A stretch of DNA of 64,000 nt. It comes from Candidatus Babeliales bacterium (GTDB lineage: Bacteria; Babelota; Babeliae; Babelales; JANWKD01). The notes under the pieces are model-generated. The model was not told the DNA's origin. It made no database searches and saw only the letters and a list, made by a program, of their open reading frames with translations. The stretch spans positions 640,001-704,000 of the forward strand of contig CAVRJO010000002.1 of the NCBI GenBank assembly GCA_963722255.1, given 5' to 3'. This document shows, one piece after another, positions 1-10,625 of this stretch (position 1 is its first letter; each line of letters starts with the position of its first letter). The position numbers were made by a program, and so were the translations under genes.

Positions 1-624
1 GTTTTGGAATATATTGATGAACTAGCAAAAAAAGAGATTATTAACGAACGAGATCGTAAGGGCGATACACCTGTTATGATTATCATTAAAGCCGCTTATG
101 TGCACGATGACCATAAAGCAAAGATCTTAAAAGCACTTTTTAGTTATGGAGCTGAGCTTGGTGTAGATAATAAAAGAGCCCTTAACAAAGCACTTGGTCT
201 TGATGAAAATATTCAAGATTTACATGCTAAAAAATTGAGTTTTCAACCGCAATTAAAAACTTTGAAAGTTCTTTTACAACATAGTGATAAAAATCTGATT
301 AAAGATCTTTTAGACGTTTATAATAAAAAAATAACCCAACTGCAAGAAGGATTAGCGAATAGTCAAAAAACTCTTGAAGATTTACAAAAACAAAAGGGGG
401 TCTTTGGATTCACTTTCAATAGAGAAAAACAAAATGATGAAGCAAAATTATTAGGGCTTATAGATAGCTATCAGGCTCGATTGAATCCATCACTAAAACT
501 TAAAAAAATAGCAGAAAATAGTCTCAAAAAACAGGAAAACCGGATAAATACCACAGGCAAAGGGAAAGAAAGACACGAGCCGATTTCTCTGAAAATAGGC
601 GATAAAGAAGGCGAAATCAGATAA
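1..624 (+). CDS. Ankyrin-repeat protein with C-terminal coiled coil (5'-truncated by window edge)
   Basis: INERDRKGDTPVMIII...LKALFSYGAE resembles an ankyrin repeat; frame is open from base 1. Confidence 0.6.
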   Translation, partial: VLEYIDELAKKEIINERDRKGDTPVMIIIKAAYVHDDHKAKILKALFSYGAELGVDNKRALNKALGLDENIQDLHAKKLSFQPQLKTLKVLLQHSDKNLIKDLLDVYNKKITQLQEGLANSQKTLEDLQKQKGVFGFTFNREKQNDEAKLLGLIDSYQARLNPSLKLKKIAENSLKKQENRINTTGKGKERHEPISLKIGDKEGEIR

Positions 625-645
625 TATTTTTTTGGGCTGCACCTA

Positions 646-802
646 GGTTCTGTTGAGTTTTTGATTTATCTATGGCAATGCAGTATAAATGTCATTCTGA
701 GCGTAGCGTAGGAATCCAGGCTTATAAAAATTGACCTAATACTATTTAATAATGACGCTGCTTTACAAAAAAACTTATATTTTTTAAAAACTCAACAGAA
801 CC
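646..802. mobile_element. 157-bp MITE with IS5-like ends
   Basis: Perfect inverted repeat taggttctgttgagttttt (644-662) / aaaaactcaacagaaccta (786-804) including flanking TA; terminal GGTTCTGT shared with the IS at 31745-32600; no ORF. Confidence 0.75.
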
Positions 803-830
803 TAAATAAATTAACTCCAAATAAAGAATA

Positions 831-1226
831 TTACTGAACGCTAGGACATAAAGGACCCAATTCAGGTTTTAACTCTGCCATAGGCTTGGTATTACAACCA
901 TTTTTTTCATAATTATTTTTATCTCGTGGCTTACAAAAACGTATACCTGTTGCTGGATCTGTCTGAGGTGTATCATCAGCTTTACGTGCACGATAACCAC
1001 AAAGATCAGAACAGTAGCATTGGCACGGCTCAACAAGTTCAACAACTACTGGTGTTTGTTCTGTAGTACTTGCTGAAGCTGGTTCCAAATTTTGTGGTAC
1101 AGATGTTGGCTGAGAAACATAAATAACGCCCGGTTGCATATCTTGAATATTTACTGGCATTTCTGCAGCATAACTCAATCCAAATGCAGCACAACCAAAG
1201 GCTAACAAATATGAACGTAGAAACAT
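831..1226 (-). CDS. Secreted Cys-rich hypothetical protein
   Basis: Likely start MFLRS after GGGGA; signal peptide; CQCYCSDLC motif. Confidence 0.65.
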   Translation of the reverse strand: MFLRSYLLAFGCAAFGLSYAAEMPVNIQDMQPGVIYVSQPTSVPQNLEPASASTTEQTPVVVELVEPCQCYCSDLCGYRARKADDTPQTDPATGIRFCKPRDKNNYEKNGCNTKPMAELKPELGPLCPSVQ

Positions 1227-1331
1227 GCTCTTCCCCCCTTCAAAAAAGTTTATTACGTGTACTAAATTCATTACTACACTAATACTATTTAAAAAAGATA
1301 ATCAAGACTTTCTAATTTCATATCTTAATAA

Positions 1332-1366
1332 AGCAGCCTTTCAAGCAAAACACGAGTAAGGCTGCT
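1332..1366 (-). terminator. Possible terminator hairpin after the 1381-1587 gene
   Basis: agcagcctt / aaggctgct 9-bp stem; weak U-tract. Confidence 0.35.
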
Positions 1367-1380
1367 CACAATCTCTGGAA

Positions 1381-1587
1381 CTACTTTTTACTTTTACGAA
1401 GCATAGGTAAACCGGTTTTAGCATTTTCCATAAGCTCATAACCAGCAGGAAGAGCATTTAAAGCCCCAGCACCGGCTTCGCCTGCAAAGTAGTAAATTTT
1501 TTGCAAACGATCACCAGCAAGTTTTACTTCTTTTGAATGTAAATAGTAAGTTTTTCCACTTTTTTTAGATTTAACGCTATAGGCCAT
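1381..1587 (-). CDS. Small basic conserved hypothetical protein (68 aa)
   Basis: Start MAYSVKSKK with GGAG upstream; YYLH...IYYF...LPAGY...TGLPML pattern recognised as a small uncharacterised family. Confidence 0.7.
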   Translation of the reverse strand: MAYSVKSKKSGKTYYLHSKEVKLAGDRLQKIYYFAGEAGAGALNALPAGYELMENAKTGLPMLRKSKK

Positions 1588-1827
1588 TGGGTTTAAACTC
1601 CTTATAAACGTGTTAATAAAATACAATTTTTATTTCTCAATAAAGGTAATGAATTAATGGTAGAAAATCTAGCCTTTAGCAAATTTAGATAAATATATGC
1701 TTTCTAATCAACTATTTTTTATAATTTTAACAACTAAAGACGAGAATATCTCAACAAAAAAGTTACAATCTATACAATTTGACTATTTGAATTTTACAAA
1801 TCGAACTAAAAATGGTATAGTGGGACC

Positions 1828-3096
1828 ATGGAAAAGAATAAAAAGACTGATTTACCCTCATTACCCGGAGTTTATCTTTTTAAAAAAGATACTGAAATAC
1901 TCTATATTGGAAAGGCTAAATGTCTTAAAAAAAGAGTTGCCTCTTATTTTTCTAAACAAGGAACAGATTGGAAAATAGATTCTCTCATTGAGGAACATAC
2001 CCACATCGATCATATTATTACCCATAATGAAACCGAAGCTCTTCTCCTTGAAGCTCAATTAATTAGAGATAATAAACCAAAATTCAATGTTCTCCTTAAA
2101 AGTGGTCAGCCATTTGTTTATATTCATTTTTCCAATGAAGAGCCTCGCCAAATCAGTGTCACTCGCAACAAAAAGACTAAAGGAATCTATTTTGGTCCTT
2201 TTTTACATAAAAAACAGGCTCGAAGCGCTTTTTCTTATATCATAAAAACATTTCGACTACATATGTGCAAAACTAAGATTGAAAATGGCTGCTTAAACTA
2301 CCATCTAGGGTTATGCGCCGGTAATTGCATTCCTAACTTTGATCTTACCGATTATAAGATTCGCGTGGAACTTGCTCTCGATTTATTACAAGGCCACTAT
2401 AATCAATCGCTTAAAAAACTCTCTCAACAAATAAAAATTTATACGCAACAGCTGGAATTTGAAAAGGCTCGCACCTTACATTATTATCTTACTAACCTTG
2501 ATACCATTTTTACGACTCTTCAAACACGCTTTTCTGAAAAAAAATATGAACGCGAAATATTTTTAACGACTTCACCTATTGATAAGAAGCTTCTAGAGGA
2601 TCCTCACATTGGTATAAAGATTCAGCAACTTTTATCATTACAAAAAGCACCTCAAACTATTGATTGTTTTGATATTTCACACTTTCAAAGCAATTCAATG
2701 GTTGGCTCATCAGTACGATTCAATAAAGGAATACCTGATAAAAATAAGTTTAGACGTTTTAAAATTAAAACTTTAACGGAACAAAATGATTACGCTGCCT
2801 TACAAGAAATCGTTATACGCCGCTATAAAAATCTTGAAGACCTACCCGATCTCATGCTCATTGATGGAGGCAAAGGACAATTAAATGCCATTACAAAGCT
2901 TTTTCCTCAATGCCAAATTATAAGTCTCGCAAAAAAAGAAGAGCTCGTTTTTGCTCCGCATCTTGCTGAACCAATTCCACTTAATGTAGCAACAGATGCA
3001 GGAAAATTATTGATTGCTCTGCGTGATTATGCTCATCATTTTGCCATTAGCTACCACAAACTACTCCGTACAAAAAACTTCAATGTAAACAATTAA
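1828..3096 (+). CDS. uvrC: Excinuclease ABC subunit C (short form without C-terminal HhH)
   Basis: GIY-YIG (PGVYLF...YIGKAK), UVR-like LEFEKA, DISHFQ, DYAAL, LIDGGKGQL, RDYAHHFA. Confidence 0.9.
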   Translation: MEKNKKTDLPSLPGVYLFKKDTEILYIGKAKCLKKRVASYFSKQGTDWKIDSLIEEHTHIDHIITHNETEALLLEAQLIRDNKPKFNVLLKSGQPFVYIHFSNEEPRQISVTRNKKTKGIYFGPFLHKKQARSAFSYIIKTFRLHMCKTKIENGCLNYHLGLCAGNCIPNFDLTDYKIRVELALDLLQGHYNQSLKKLSQQIKIYTQQLEFEKARTLHYYLTNLDTIFTTLQTRFSEKKYEREIFLTTSPIDKKLLEDPHIGIKIQQLLSLQKAPQTIDCFDISHFQSNSMVGSSVRFNKGIPDKNKFRRFKIKTLTEQNDYAALQEIVIRRYKNLEDLPDLMLIDGGKGQLNAITKLFPQCQIISLAKKEELVFAPHLAEPIPLNVATDAGKLLIALRDYAHHFAISYHKLLRTKNFNVNN

Positions 3097-3100
3097 AAAG

Positions 3101-4456
3101 CTACTTAAAATGGATTTCACGCATGTGATAAAAAACTCCCGAAAGGGAATCTGATCGCCACGAAGGACAATAGGGACACTCATATACCCCTTGTTCCACT
3201 GCATGACATGTTTTAATATGATAAATGGTAGAATCTTTTCCACTATTATGTTTTTTCTTACATGAACAGGTAATGCGATCACCCCTCATTGTCCTACGCC
3301 CTAACGCTTCGCCATTTTTATTACAATCATCAGTTATATGCTTGGATAAATCTTCCTGAGTAGTAAATAGTTTTAAACAACTACAACTATATAAGAGCTG
3401 ATGGTCATCACTCAAATGATGAATCAAATCAACTGTGCGTGAATAAGATTGTTCGCATAAATCACATCTATAGTTAGAACTACTACAATGTTTTTTCCTA
3501 ATATGGTTAAATAAAGTATTATATTTTTTACAGTTACGACAACAATTATGCATTAGTAAAAGATTGCAATTTGCTTTATGCTCATTAAAATACAGTTCAC
3601 TCGTAAATATCTTATTACAGCAAACATAAAATAAAAAATGATCTACACTTAGATGTTTGATCAGCTCATCTGGTAACTCAAATGAAGCCTTGCAAGAAAT
3701 ACAACTGTATTTTTCATTTTCATTGTGCATTTCTTTAATATGACTGAGTAATCTGTTATAGGATTTAATAATAGCACAACAGAAAGATTTCTTAGTACGT
3801 TTACTTTCTACTCGCATTGCTTGCTTTTGAATTCCTGACGCTATATCTATAAAATCAAATTTTCGTTTATTGCCAATTTCTTTATTACAATCATCTGAAG
3901 GTAAATGAGTATAATCATGAGATTTATGAGATGAAATTTTCTTCATGAGCTGATCAAATTTTTCATTGTATGATGCATGTGGATATATAATAAGTTGTGA
4001 TTTAACACGAATCATCAAATCCAAAACATCTGTTTCTTTTTGTGCATCAGTTAAATGAAAAGCATAATTGCAGGCACATTCATACCACATTTCGACTAAT
4101 TTTTCTTTGGACTCTTTCATATCCTCTTGAAGCAAAAGACCGTTAATAATCGTTAAAAGAGGCATTACATAAAATACTTTTAAGGAATCATTAACTTTTT
4201 GTTCACCATTTTCTAAAAATGTCTTTAAAGTTGAACAGCATTCTTCTAGAAATGGTATAGTTGCCTCTTTCTTTACACTATCTTCTATAGTATTAGAAGA
4301 AGCATACATACTAGAGAAACCAACCATAAGATTTAAAAATGATGAAGTTTCACCATGATTAATTCTTTCACTTACTGGAAAATCAAAAGAACTAGTTTCC
4401 ATACAAAACATCATAGTCACATCAAACAACATCAATAAAAACAGAATTTTTTTCAT
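3101..4456 (-). CDS. Secreted protein with tandem C2H2-type zinc fingers
   Basis: Signal peptide; CISC-x12-HLSVDH, CDLC-x12-HLSDDH, CPYC-x13-HMREIH plus degenerate fingers. Confidence 0.8.
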   Translation of the reverse strand: MKKILFLLMLFDVTMMFCMETSSFDFPVSERINHGETSSFLNLMVGFSSMYASSNTIEDSVKKEATIPFLEECCSTLKTFLENGEQKVNDSLKVFYVMPLLTIINGLLLQEDMKESKEKLVEMWYECACNYAFHLTDAQKETDVLDLMIRVKSQLIIYPHASYNEKFDQLMKKISSHKSHDYTHLPSDDCNKEIGNKRKFDFIDIASGIQKQAMRVESKRTKKSFCCAIIKSYNRLLSHIKEMHNENEKYSCISCKASFELPDELIKHLSVDHFLFYVCCNKIFTSELYFNEHKANCNLLLMHNCCRNCKKYNTLFNHIRKKHCSSSNYRCDLCEQSYSRTVDLIHHLSDDHQLLYSCSCLKLFTTQEDLSKHITDDCNKNGEALGRRTMRGDRITCSCKKKHNSGKDSTIYHIKTCHAVEQGVYECPYCPSWRSDSLSGVFYHMREIHFK

Positions 4457-4813
4457 AGAGCATTTACCTAGTAGCTTTGTTTATTTTTTTAAATTTTCTT
4501 TTCTTGGGCAATGGTTTTGAACAGGATTCTCGATGAATTTTAAAATCAGCCGATAACCACAAACGATTGCAACAATTATATATCCCATGCCTTTTCCAGT
4601 GATATATAACACGAGCTCGACGCTTATATTTTTTTGTGCAATTATCGATAAAACATCGATACCTTCCATCAACTTCATGATAGGCTGACACATGTCTAAA
4701 TATAGTACTGTATACTCCTCTTAATTTTCTTTTACAACCACAATTAAAATGAAACTTTGGGTTTTTTATTTTTACATCCGTTGCTTTCTTATCTTTTTTT
4801 ATCAATTTTATTA

Positions 4814-5723
4814 GACCTCTTCTGAAACTCATTTAACCAACTCAAAATTATAGATACCCGCAATAAGATTGAAACGGAGCCCAAATCTTTTTCGTCTATT
4901 GCGATATTTGTCAGCAACTATTTTAAAACGTTTTATCATACCAATTACATGCTCATTTAAAACACGCTGGCTTGATAATTCTCTATTTCGTTGTTTATCT
5001 GTTAATGTTAAAGGATTTTTTTTACTTTTTTTCTTTGGCATAGAAGTATTATTATGAATTTTTTTTAGACCTAAATAACCTGTATCTGTAAGAACTTCAG
5101 TAGATTTTGCGAAGTGAATTTTTGAAGTTTTGAAGAGTTTAAAATCATGTCGTTTACCATCTGAAAAATTTGTACAAACAATTTCTTTTGTTTTTTTGTT
5201 TACAACTACCTGAGTTTTTATAGTATGACGTTTTTTCTTACCGGAATAAAATTTCCGCTGTTTTTTTTAGGACGTTCAATAGGACTTTCAGTTGCATCTA
5301 TTAAAATAACTTCAAATTCATTATCGCTTTTCAGTAGCGCTTTTCTGCCAGGCAATCTAAATTCTTTGCTTTGAATAAGAGTATTTTCAACCCATCGTAT
5401 TGCTTCAAATGCATTGCTTTCAGCAATGCCATAACTTGTCGCAATATGAAGATACGTTCGATATTCCCGTATATATTCAAGAGTCATCAAAAGCATTTCT
5501 TCAATACTGAGCTTATTTGGACGTCCTCCCTTTGCCTTTTTTATTTTTTGCGCTTCTTTTAAAATAGAAACCAATACTTCAAATGTTTTTCGTTTTACTC
5601 CAGTTACTCTTCTAAAGTTTTTTTCTGATGAAATTTTTAATTTTTCATACTTCATAATCGCTTACCCTTTTTTTATAAATCGATTATGATTATGCCATAA
5701 AATTTATAGTTTCAGAAGAGGTC
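4814..5723 (-). mobile_element. IS5-family element (ISL2-like), TA target duplication
   Basis: tagacctcttctgaaact (4812-4829) / agtttcagaagaggtcta (5708-5725) perfect inverted repeat. Confidence 0.9.
4829..5655 (-). CDS. IS5-family transposase, two frames joined by -1 frameshift at the A8 run (5261-5268)
   Basis: FRRVTGV, IDATE, ERPKK; -1 frame continues KQRKFYSGKKKRHT...HD...TDTGY...RVLNEHVIG. Confidence 0.85.
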
Positions 5724-6250
5724 TATTTTTTTTTGGGGTTTATTTTTTAATTTTTTTTCTTTTGATCTGATTTTTTTCCGTTTATGAGACACTTTTTGTT
5801 CTTTATTTTTTACCGCACAGAATGAAAGAACTCTCTCAAATGATTCTTCAAGCACACTAGCATTATAATCACCCGGATTTTTTAGAAGTTGACTATAAAG
5901 ATAAAGAGTTTTATTACATGCGCATGCTATGTCTAGTAGTTCTGTTCTTTTAGAGTTTATTGCGTCATGTATTTCTGCCTCGCAATCCGTAATAATGTAC
6001 ATAATCAAATCGTCCAAACTAGTATAAGGTCGATTCAGCAACATCATACCTTTACTGACAATTATCGATTCAAACAAATCATTTTGATCTTCTTGCATAC
6101 CCATTGCGTTATTAAGGCATACTAATAATAAAAATAGAACAGAATACAATTTCATATCTAATGCCAATCAATGATATTTGACCCAACAGTTACTATCTTT
6201 TACACTAAAGATAAAGAATACACTAACCGTAATTCGAAATTAAGATCATT

Positions 6251-6952
6251 ATGATTAATTTAAGAAACATTGAACATATAATATATATAATAACATTCAT
6301 TATTGCTTATTTAATTACAGAAACAGCCAGTGGCTGGTTTCGTGCCTATGCCGCAAAAAAAATGGGAGATGATACTCCTGAAGCATTAGGATTTTTGAGT
6401 CTTAACCCACTTGTACATATCGATTGGGTAGGACTTATTTTTCTAATCTATTTTGGGTTTGGTTGGGGCCGAGCTGCACCTATAACTCCTGAGAATATTA
6501 ATGAACCCCATAAAAACTTAAAACTTGCTTGTGCATATTTTTCAGACACCTTTGCCCATTTGATTCTTGCACTTTGTGCTTTCGTTACACTTGTGAGCAT
6601 ATTCGGAACAAAAATAATTGATATCGCAGAACCAATGTTTTATTATAGAAACATTTCATTGCCATATCTAACGCATTATTATCCTCATTGCGCTTCGTCA
6701 ATTTTAACCATAGCAGTTATTTTAGTTGCTATAATGTACCTTTGTATTATTTTGGCAGTTCTTAACTTTATTGTTAATGGTTTTAGATTAATAATGTATA
6801 TCTTCTTCAATGAATCATTTGGTCTTTGGTATATAGATCTTATTGTTCCTATTATGCTTATTTTATTGTTTGCAAACTCGTTACAAGGGTATGTTATTAG
6901 AGGGATCACATTCATTGCCCACTATATAGCGTATTTTTTAGGTATTTTTTAA
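6251..6952 (+). CDS. Site-2 protease (M50)-like membrane protein lacking catalytic motifs
   Basis: MGDDTP..GFLSLNPLVHID..G..FGWGR matches the S2P scaffold; no HExxH. Confidence 0.7.
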   Translation: MINLRNIEHIIYIITFIIAYLITETASGWFRAYAAKKMGDDTPEALGFLSLNPLVHIDWVGLIFLIYFGFGWGRAAPITPENINEPHKNLKLACAYFSDTFAHLILALCAFVTLVSIFGTKIIDIAEPMFYYRNISLPYLTHYYPHCASSILTIAVILVAIMYLCIILAVLNFIVNGFRLIMYIFFNESFGLWYIDLIVPIMLILLFANSLQGYVIRGITFIAHYIAYFLGIF

Positions 6953-6964
6953 CTGAGAATATTC

Positions 6965-8167
6965 ATGAAACAATCAATCGATAAAGCTCTTGAAATTATC
7001 AAAGACGGCACAGCCTCTCTAATTAATGAAACAGAGTTGAGATCTAAGTTAGAACAGTCAAGAAAATTAAAAATTAAACTTGGAGCTGATCCAACAGCAC
7101 CAGATCTTCATCTTGGACATGCGGTAGTACTTTCTAAATTGAAAGATTTTCAAGATTTAGGACATGAAATTATTTTTTTAATCGGTGATTTTACTGCACG
7201 CATTGGCGATCCAACGGGAAAATCAAAAACAAGACCTCCTTTAACTGAAAAACAAATTGCGTATAACACTGCAACTTATTTTGAACAAGTAGGCAAAATT
7301 CTTGATCCAGCTTCAATAAAAATTCGTTATAATTCTGAACTGCTTGAACCATTAAAGGCGCAACAAATCATAGAATTATGCGCACATGTCACTCTCGCTC
7401 GCCTTATTGAAAGAGAAGATTTTAAAAATCGTATTGAAAAACATGAACCAATAGGGTTTCATGAACTATTATATCCATTATTCCAAGGATATGATTCTGT
7501 TGCACTTGAAGCTGATGTTGAGATTGGTGGTACTGATCAAACATTTAATTTATTAATGGGAAGAGAATTACAAAATCATTATGGTCAAGAGCCACAAATT
7601 GTTATCACCATGCCCCTACTGGAAGGTCTTGATGGTGTTGCAAAAATGTCAAAATCTCTGGGCAACTATATTGGATTAACTGAAGCTCCCGAACAAGCTT
7701 ACGGAAAACTCATGTCTATTTCTGACTTGCTTATGTGGCGATATTTTGAACTTTTATTACGCACGCCAAAACAAGAAATAAGTAGTTTGCAAGAACGAGT
7801 AGCATCAGGAGCTACACATCCCATGGAGCTAAAAAAAGAGATGGCACATGCTATTATTGCCAAATTCTGGTCTAAAGAAGAAGCAGATTTTGCGCAACAA
7901 CAGTTTGAAGCTCTCTTTCAAAAGAAAGATTATTCTCAAGCAACACCAATAACATTGCCAATAACTACACCATCGCCTATCTGGATTGTTGATTTGTTGA
8001 AACTGTTAGATGCAATAAAAAGTTCATCTGAAGCTCGAAGATTAGTTGAGGCTGGGGCTGTTAAAGTTAACGATGTTCCAATTACCGATTTTAAAGCACA
8101 TATTGATTGGCACGATGGAACGATCGTTAAAGTTGGAAAACATCGCATATATCAACTAAAAAAATAA
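6965..8167 (+). CDS. tyrS: Tyrosine--tRNA ligase
   Basis: [19 protein letters not shown]-terminal S4 domain. Confidence 0.97.
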   Translation: MKQSIDKALEIIKDGTASLINETELRSKLEQSRKLKIKLGADPTAPDLHLGHAVVLSKLKDFQDLGHEIIFLIGDFTARIGDPTGKSKTRPPLTEKQIAYNTATYFEQVGKILDPASIKIRYNSELLEPLKAQQIIELCAHVTLARLIEREDFKNRIEKHEPIGFHELLYPLFQGYDSVALEADVEIGGTDQTFNLLMGRELQNHYGQEPQIVITMPLLEGLDGVAKMSKSLGNYIGLTEAPEQAYGKLMSISDLLMWRYFELLLRTPKQEISSLQERVASGATHPMELKKEMAHAIIAKFWSKEEADFAQQQFEALFQKKDYSQATPITLPITTPSPIWIVDLLKLLDAIKSSSEARRLVEAGAVKVNDVPITDFKAHIDWHDGTIVKVGKHRIYQLKK

Positions 8168-8191
8168 CTAATAATCAAAAAAAATTTTTAA

Positions 8192-8698
8192 TTAATTCTT
8201 AAATACCTTTATTTTTTCAAGCAATTCAGAATTAACCCATGTTTTGCAACGTACTTCAATCATTTGGTTATTTTCTGATTCTTGAACAGTTATTGTTGTT
8301 GAATCATCAAGCATCAATTCACGCCCCAATTTATAATGATGAAGAAAAGAGCTCATTATCTTATGCAAATTATTGTCAATAGAAATACGCCTTTTCCAGC
8401 CCGTAGGAATTGATACTGAACTTTGCTGCATCAAATTATCCGAATAATAATTTTTAGTTTCTAAAATAACACAATCATCATATATTTCAGTCATGCTAAT
8501 CGTTCCAAAATATGTTTCTACATCCTGAAATTCTTTTGCCCCATTCCTTTGTGCTATTGCATTGCCTGCAAGATACATTTGAACAATATATACACTTGAT
8601 TCTTCACCTAAATCATCATAACAAGGACTTTCGCCCTGACCTCTTATTGAACCAACAGCCATCAAACTTATACAGAAAAACATTAAATATATATTCAT
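8192..8698 (-). CDS. Secreted hypothetical protein
   Basis: 168-aa ORF with hydrophobic N-terminus. Confidence 0.55.
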   Translation of the reverse strand: MNIYLMFFCISLMAVGSIRGQGESPCYDDLGEESSVYIVQMYLAGNAIAQRNGAKEFQDVETYFGTISMTEIYDDCVILETKNYYSDNLMQQSSVSIPTGWKRRISIDNNLHKIMSSFLHHYKLGRELMLDDSTTITVQESENNQMIEVRCKTWVNSELLEKIKVFKN

Positions 8699-8779
8699 AA
8701 CAAACCGATCAAATTATAATAATTGTAAAAATATTCCTATTTGTAGGATATAAAACAGTTAAATTATTGGCAATATTTA

Positions 8780-9433
8780 TTATCGCACAAGACCCATAAA
8801 TTCTTTTATTTTTTGACATTGCGCTGCAAACTGAATAGGATTTTGTTCAAATTCTTCATTGCAATCAAGAGTCAACACAGGAACATTGTGCAACGCGGGT
8901 CCCACTGCCTCTTTATCGCACAAAAATCGTTCATGCTGTTTATCAAGCTGGTATAAATAATCTAAAGGCAACGTCTCTTCAGCAGATCTATTTCTTTTTT
9001 TAATACGTTCAAATGCAATTTTTGGGTCAACTTTAAGATAAATGAACCCTTGAGGAGCAAAACATTTACTGGTTAAAAATTCAAACCATTCAGCATATAA
9101 TTTCCATTCAAGTTCAGTCATAAAACCATTTTCATAACTATTACGAGCAAAAACATAGTGGCCAGAATAGACTGAACGCTCAACAATTAATAATGATTCA
9201 TTATTTTTCTCTTGGATATATTCATGCATACGTTTAATCATAGTAAACGTCTCAAAGGTGTAAGCCCACCGCTTTGGGTATTCATAAAAGTTATGCAATA
9301 ATGATGATCCAATTTCCTGTGATTGCCATGAATCGACCGGTTCGAGTTTAACCGTCACTTCAGGTAAAGCATGAGAAAGTAGCTTTAAAAAAGTAGACTT
9401 ACCAGCACCAATTGTGCCTTCCAAAATATACAT
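8780..9433 (-). CDS. Deoxynucleoside kinase
   Basis: EGTIGAGKST, EPVDSW, ERSVYS, RIKKRNRSAE. Confidence 0.9.
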   Translation of the reverse strand: MYILEGTIGAGKSTFLKLLSHALPEVTVKLEPVDSWQSQEIGSSLLHNFYEYPKRWAYTFETFTMIKRMHEYIQEKNNESLLIVERSVYSGHYVFARNSYENGFMTELEWKLYAEWFEFLTSKCFAPQGFIYLKVDPKIAFERIKKRNRSAEETLPLDYLYQLDKQHERFLCDKEAVGPALHNVPVLTLDCNEEFEQNPIQFAAQCQKIKEFMGLVR

Positions 9434-9556
9434 ATATATCCTTACAATGCTGGGTTTTTATAGCTAAAGGATACCATAAATTCACTATTTTTATAAGATA
9501 ACTTTTACAAAATCTTATTTTGCTAAGTAGTGTAATTTGTGCTATTCTAGGCGTAT

Positions 9557-10285
9557 ATGAAAAAAAATACAGATAAAGTAACAGAACTCATTTTTGGAAT
9601 CCATTCGGTCATTGAACTTCTTAAAGCTAAACGACGAAAATTGGCCATATTGTATACAACCAAGCCAATCCCCAAGGGATTGCAGGCTGTAGAGCCATTA
9701 TTACCAAAAAATATCCAAATTCAGTATGTAGACCGTGATGTTTTAACAAAACTAGCAGGCACCACTGATCACCAAGGTGTTGTTGCCTATGCTTCGCCTT
9801 TTGTTATCCGTAAAAAATTCTTTGATCCAAATCTACAAAAAAAACTTCTTATGCTTGATGGCATTCAAGATGTGCGCAATTTAGGGGCAATTTTACGCTC
9901 TGCCTATTGCACCGGTATTGATGGTGTTATTTTGATGAGAAAACATGGCGCTCCGTTAAATGCTGCCGCTCTTAAAGCTTCTGCCGGACTTGCCGAACAT
10001 TTAGAGGTTTACTATGCAGCCTCAAATCAAGCTGCAATACAAGAATTAAAAAAAGCTGGCTATAATCTCTATTTAGCAGTTGTTCAAAAAGCGACCGATG
10101 CTACAAAAGTCGAATATAAAGAACCGTTATGTCTTGTTATTGGCGGCGAAGCTACCGGTATTTCTTCTGATATTCGTGGTTCAGGACAACTCATAACCTT
10201 ACCGCAACGAAATGCTGAAATTTCATACAATGCTTCAGTTGCTGCTGGAATCTTGCTCTTTATTATTTCACAGAACAGCAAATAA
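9557..10285 (+). CDS. rlmB: SpoU/TrmH-family 23S rRNA 2'-O-methyltransferase
   Basis: HQGVVA, LDGIQDVRNLGAILRS, GGEATG, SYNASVAAG. Confidence 0.85.
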   Translation: MKKNTDKVTELIFGIHSVIELLKAKRRKLAILYTTKPIPKGLQAVEPLLPKNIQIQYVDRDVLTKLAGTTDHQGVVAYASPFVIRKKFFDPNLQKKLLMLDGIQDVRNLGAILRSAYCTGIDGVILMRKHGAPLNAAALKASAGLAEHLEVYYAASNQAAIQELKKAGYNLYLAVVQKATDATKVEYKEPLCLVIGGEATGISSDIRGSGQLITLPQRNAEISYNASVAAGILLFIISQNSK

Positions 10286-10289
10286 GCAG

Positions 10290-10616
10290 ATGAGAAAAAC
10301 TATGGTTTTATCACAATCAATTTATAAAAAAATCTTGTTGATTGCTGCGATAAGCATGACCTATAATTCTTGTTATCCTTTCGATCGTGAATTTCTTGGA
10401 TGGAGCATAAGCGCTGTTGGTGCTTGTTTAACGGCAGTAGGGATTTACAAAATTTGGCAAAAAGAAAAGCCCAATCAACCCATTACTTTAACAAATAATA
10501 ATGCTCCCATTATTATTAATGTTAATACTACAAGTAATACCGCAAAAGGTGCTACGATTGCTGCAATAGGTTTATATATTGCAAATAAGGGAATCAACAT
10601 CCTCAATAAAAACTAA
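10290..10616 (+). CDS. Small membrane hypothetical protein
   Basis: Signal-like N-terminus plus hydrophobic segments; start uncertain. Confidence 0.5.
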   Translation: MRKTMVLSQSIYKKILLIAAISMTYNSCYPFDREFLGWSISAVGACLTAVGIYKIWQKEKPNQPITLTNNNAPIIINVNTTSNTAKGATIAAIGLYIANKGINILNKN

Positions 10617-10625
10617 ACTTTTTCT

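Larger units (their letters stand above)
4464..6155 (-). pseudogene. Secreted zinc-finger protein split by IS5
   Basis: Removing 4814-5723 plus one TA joins ...KPQKKI to IKLIKKDKK... in frame; C-terminal CFIDNC-x12-HWKRH finger. Confidence 0.8.
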
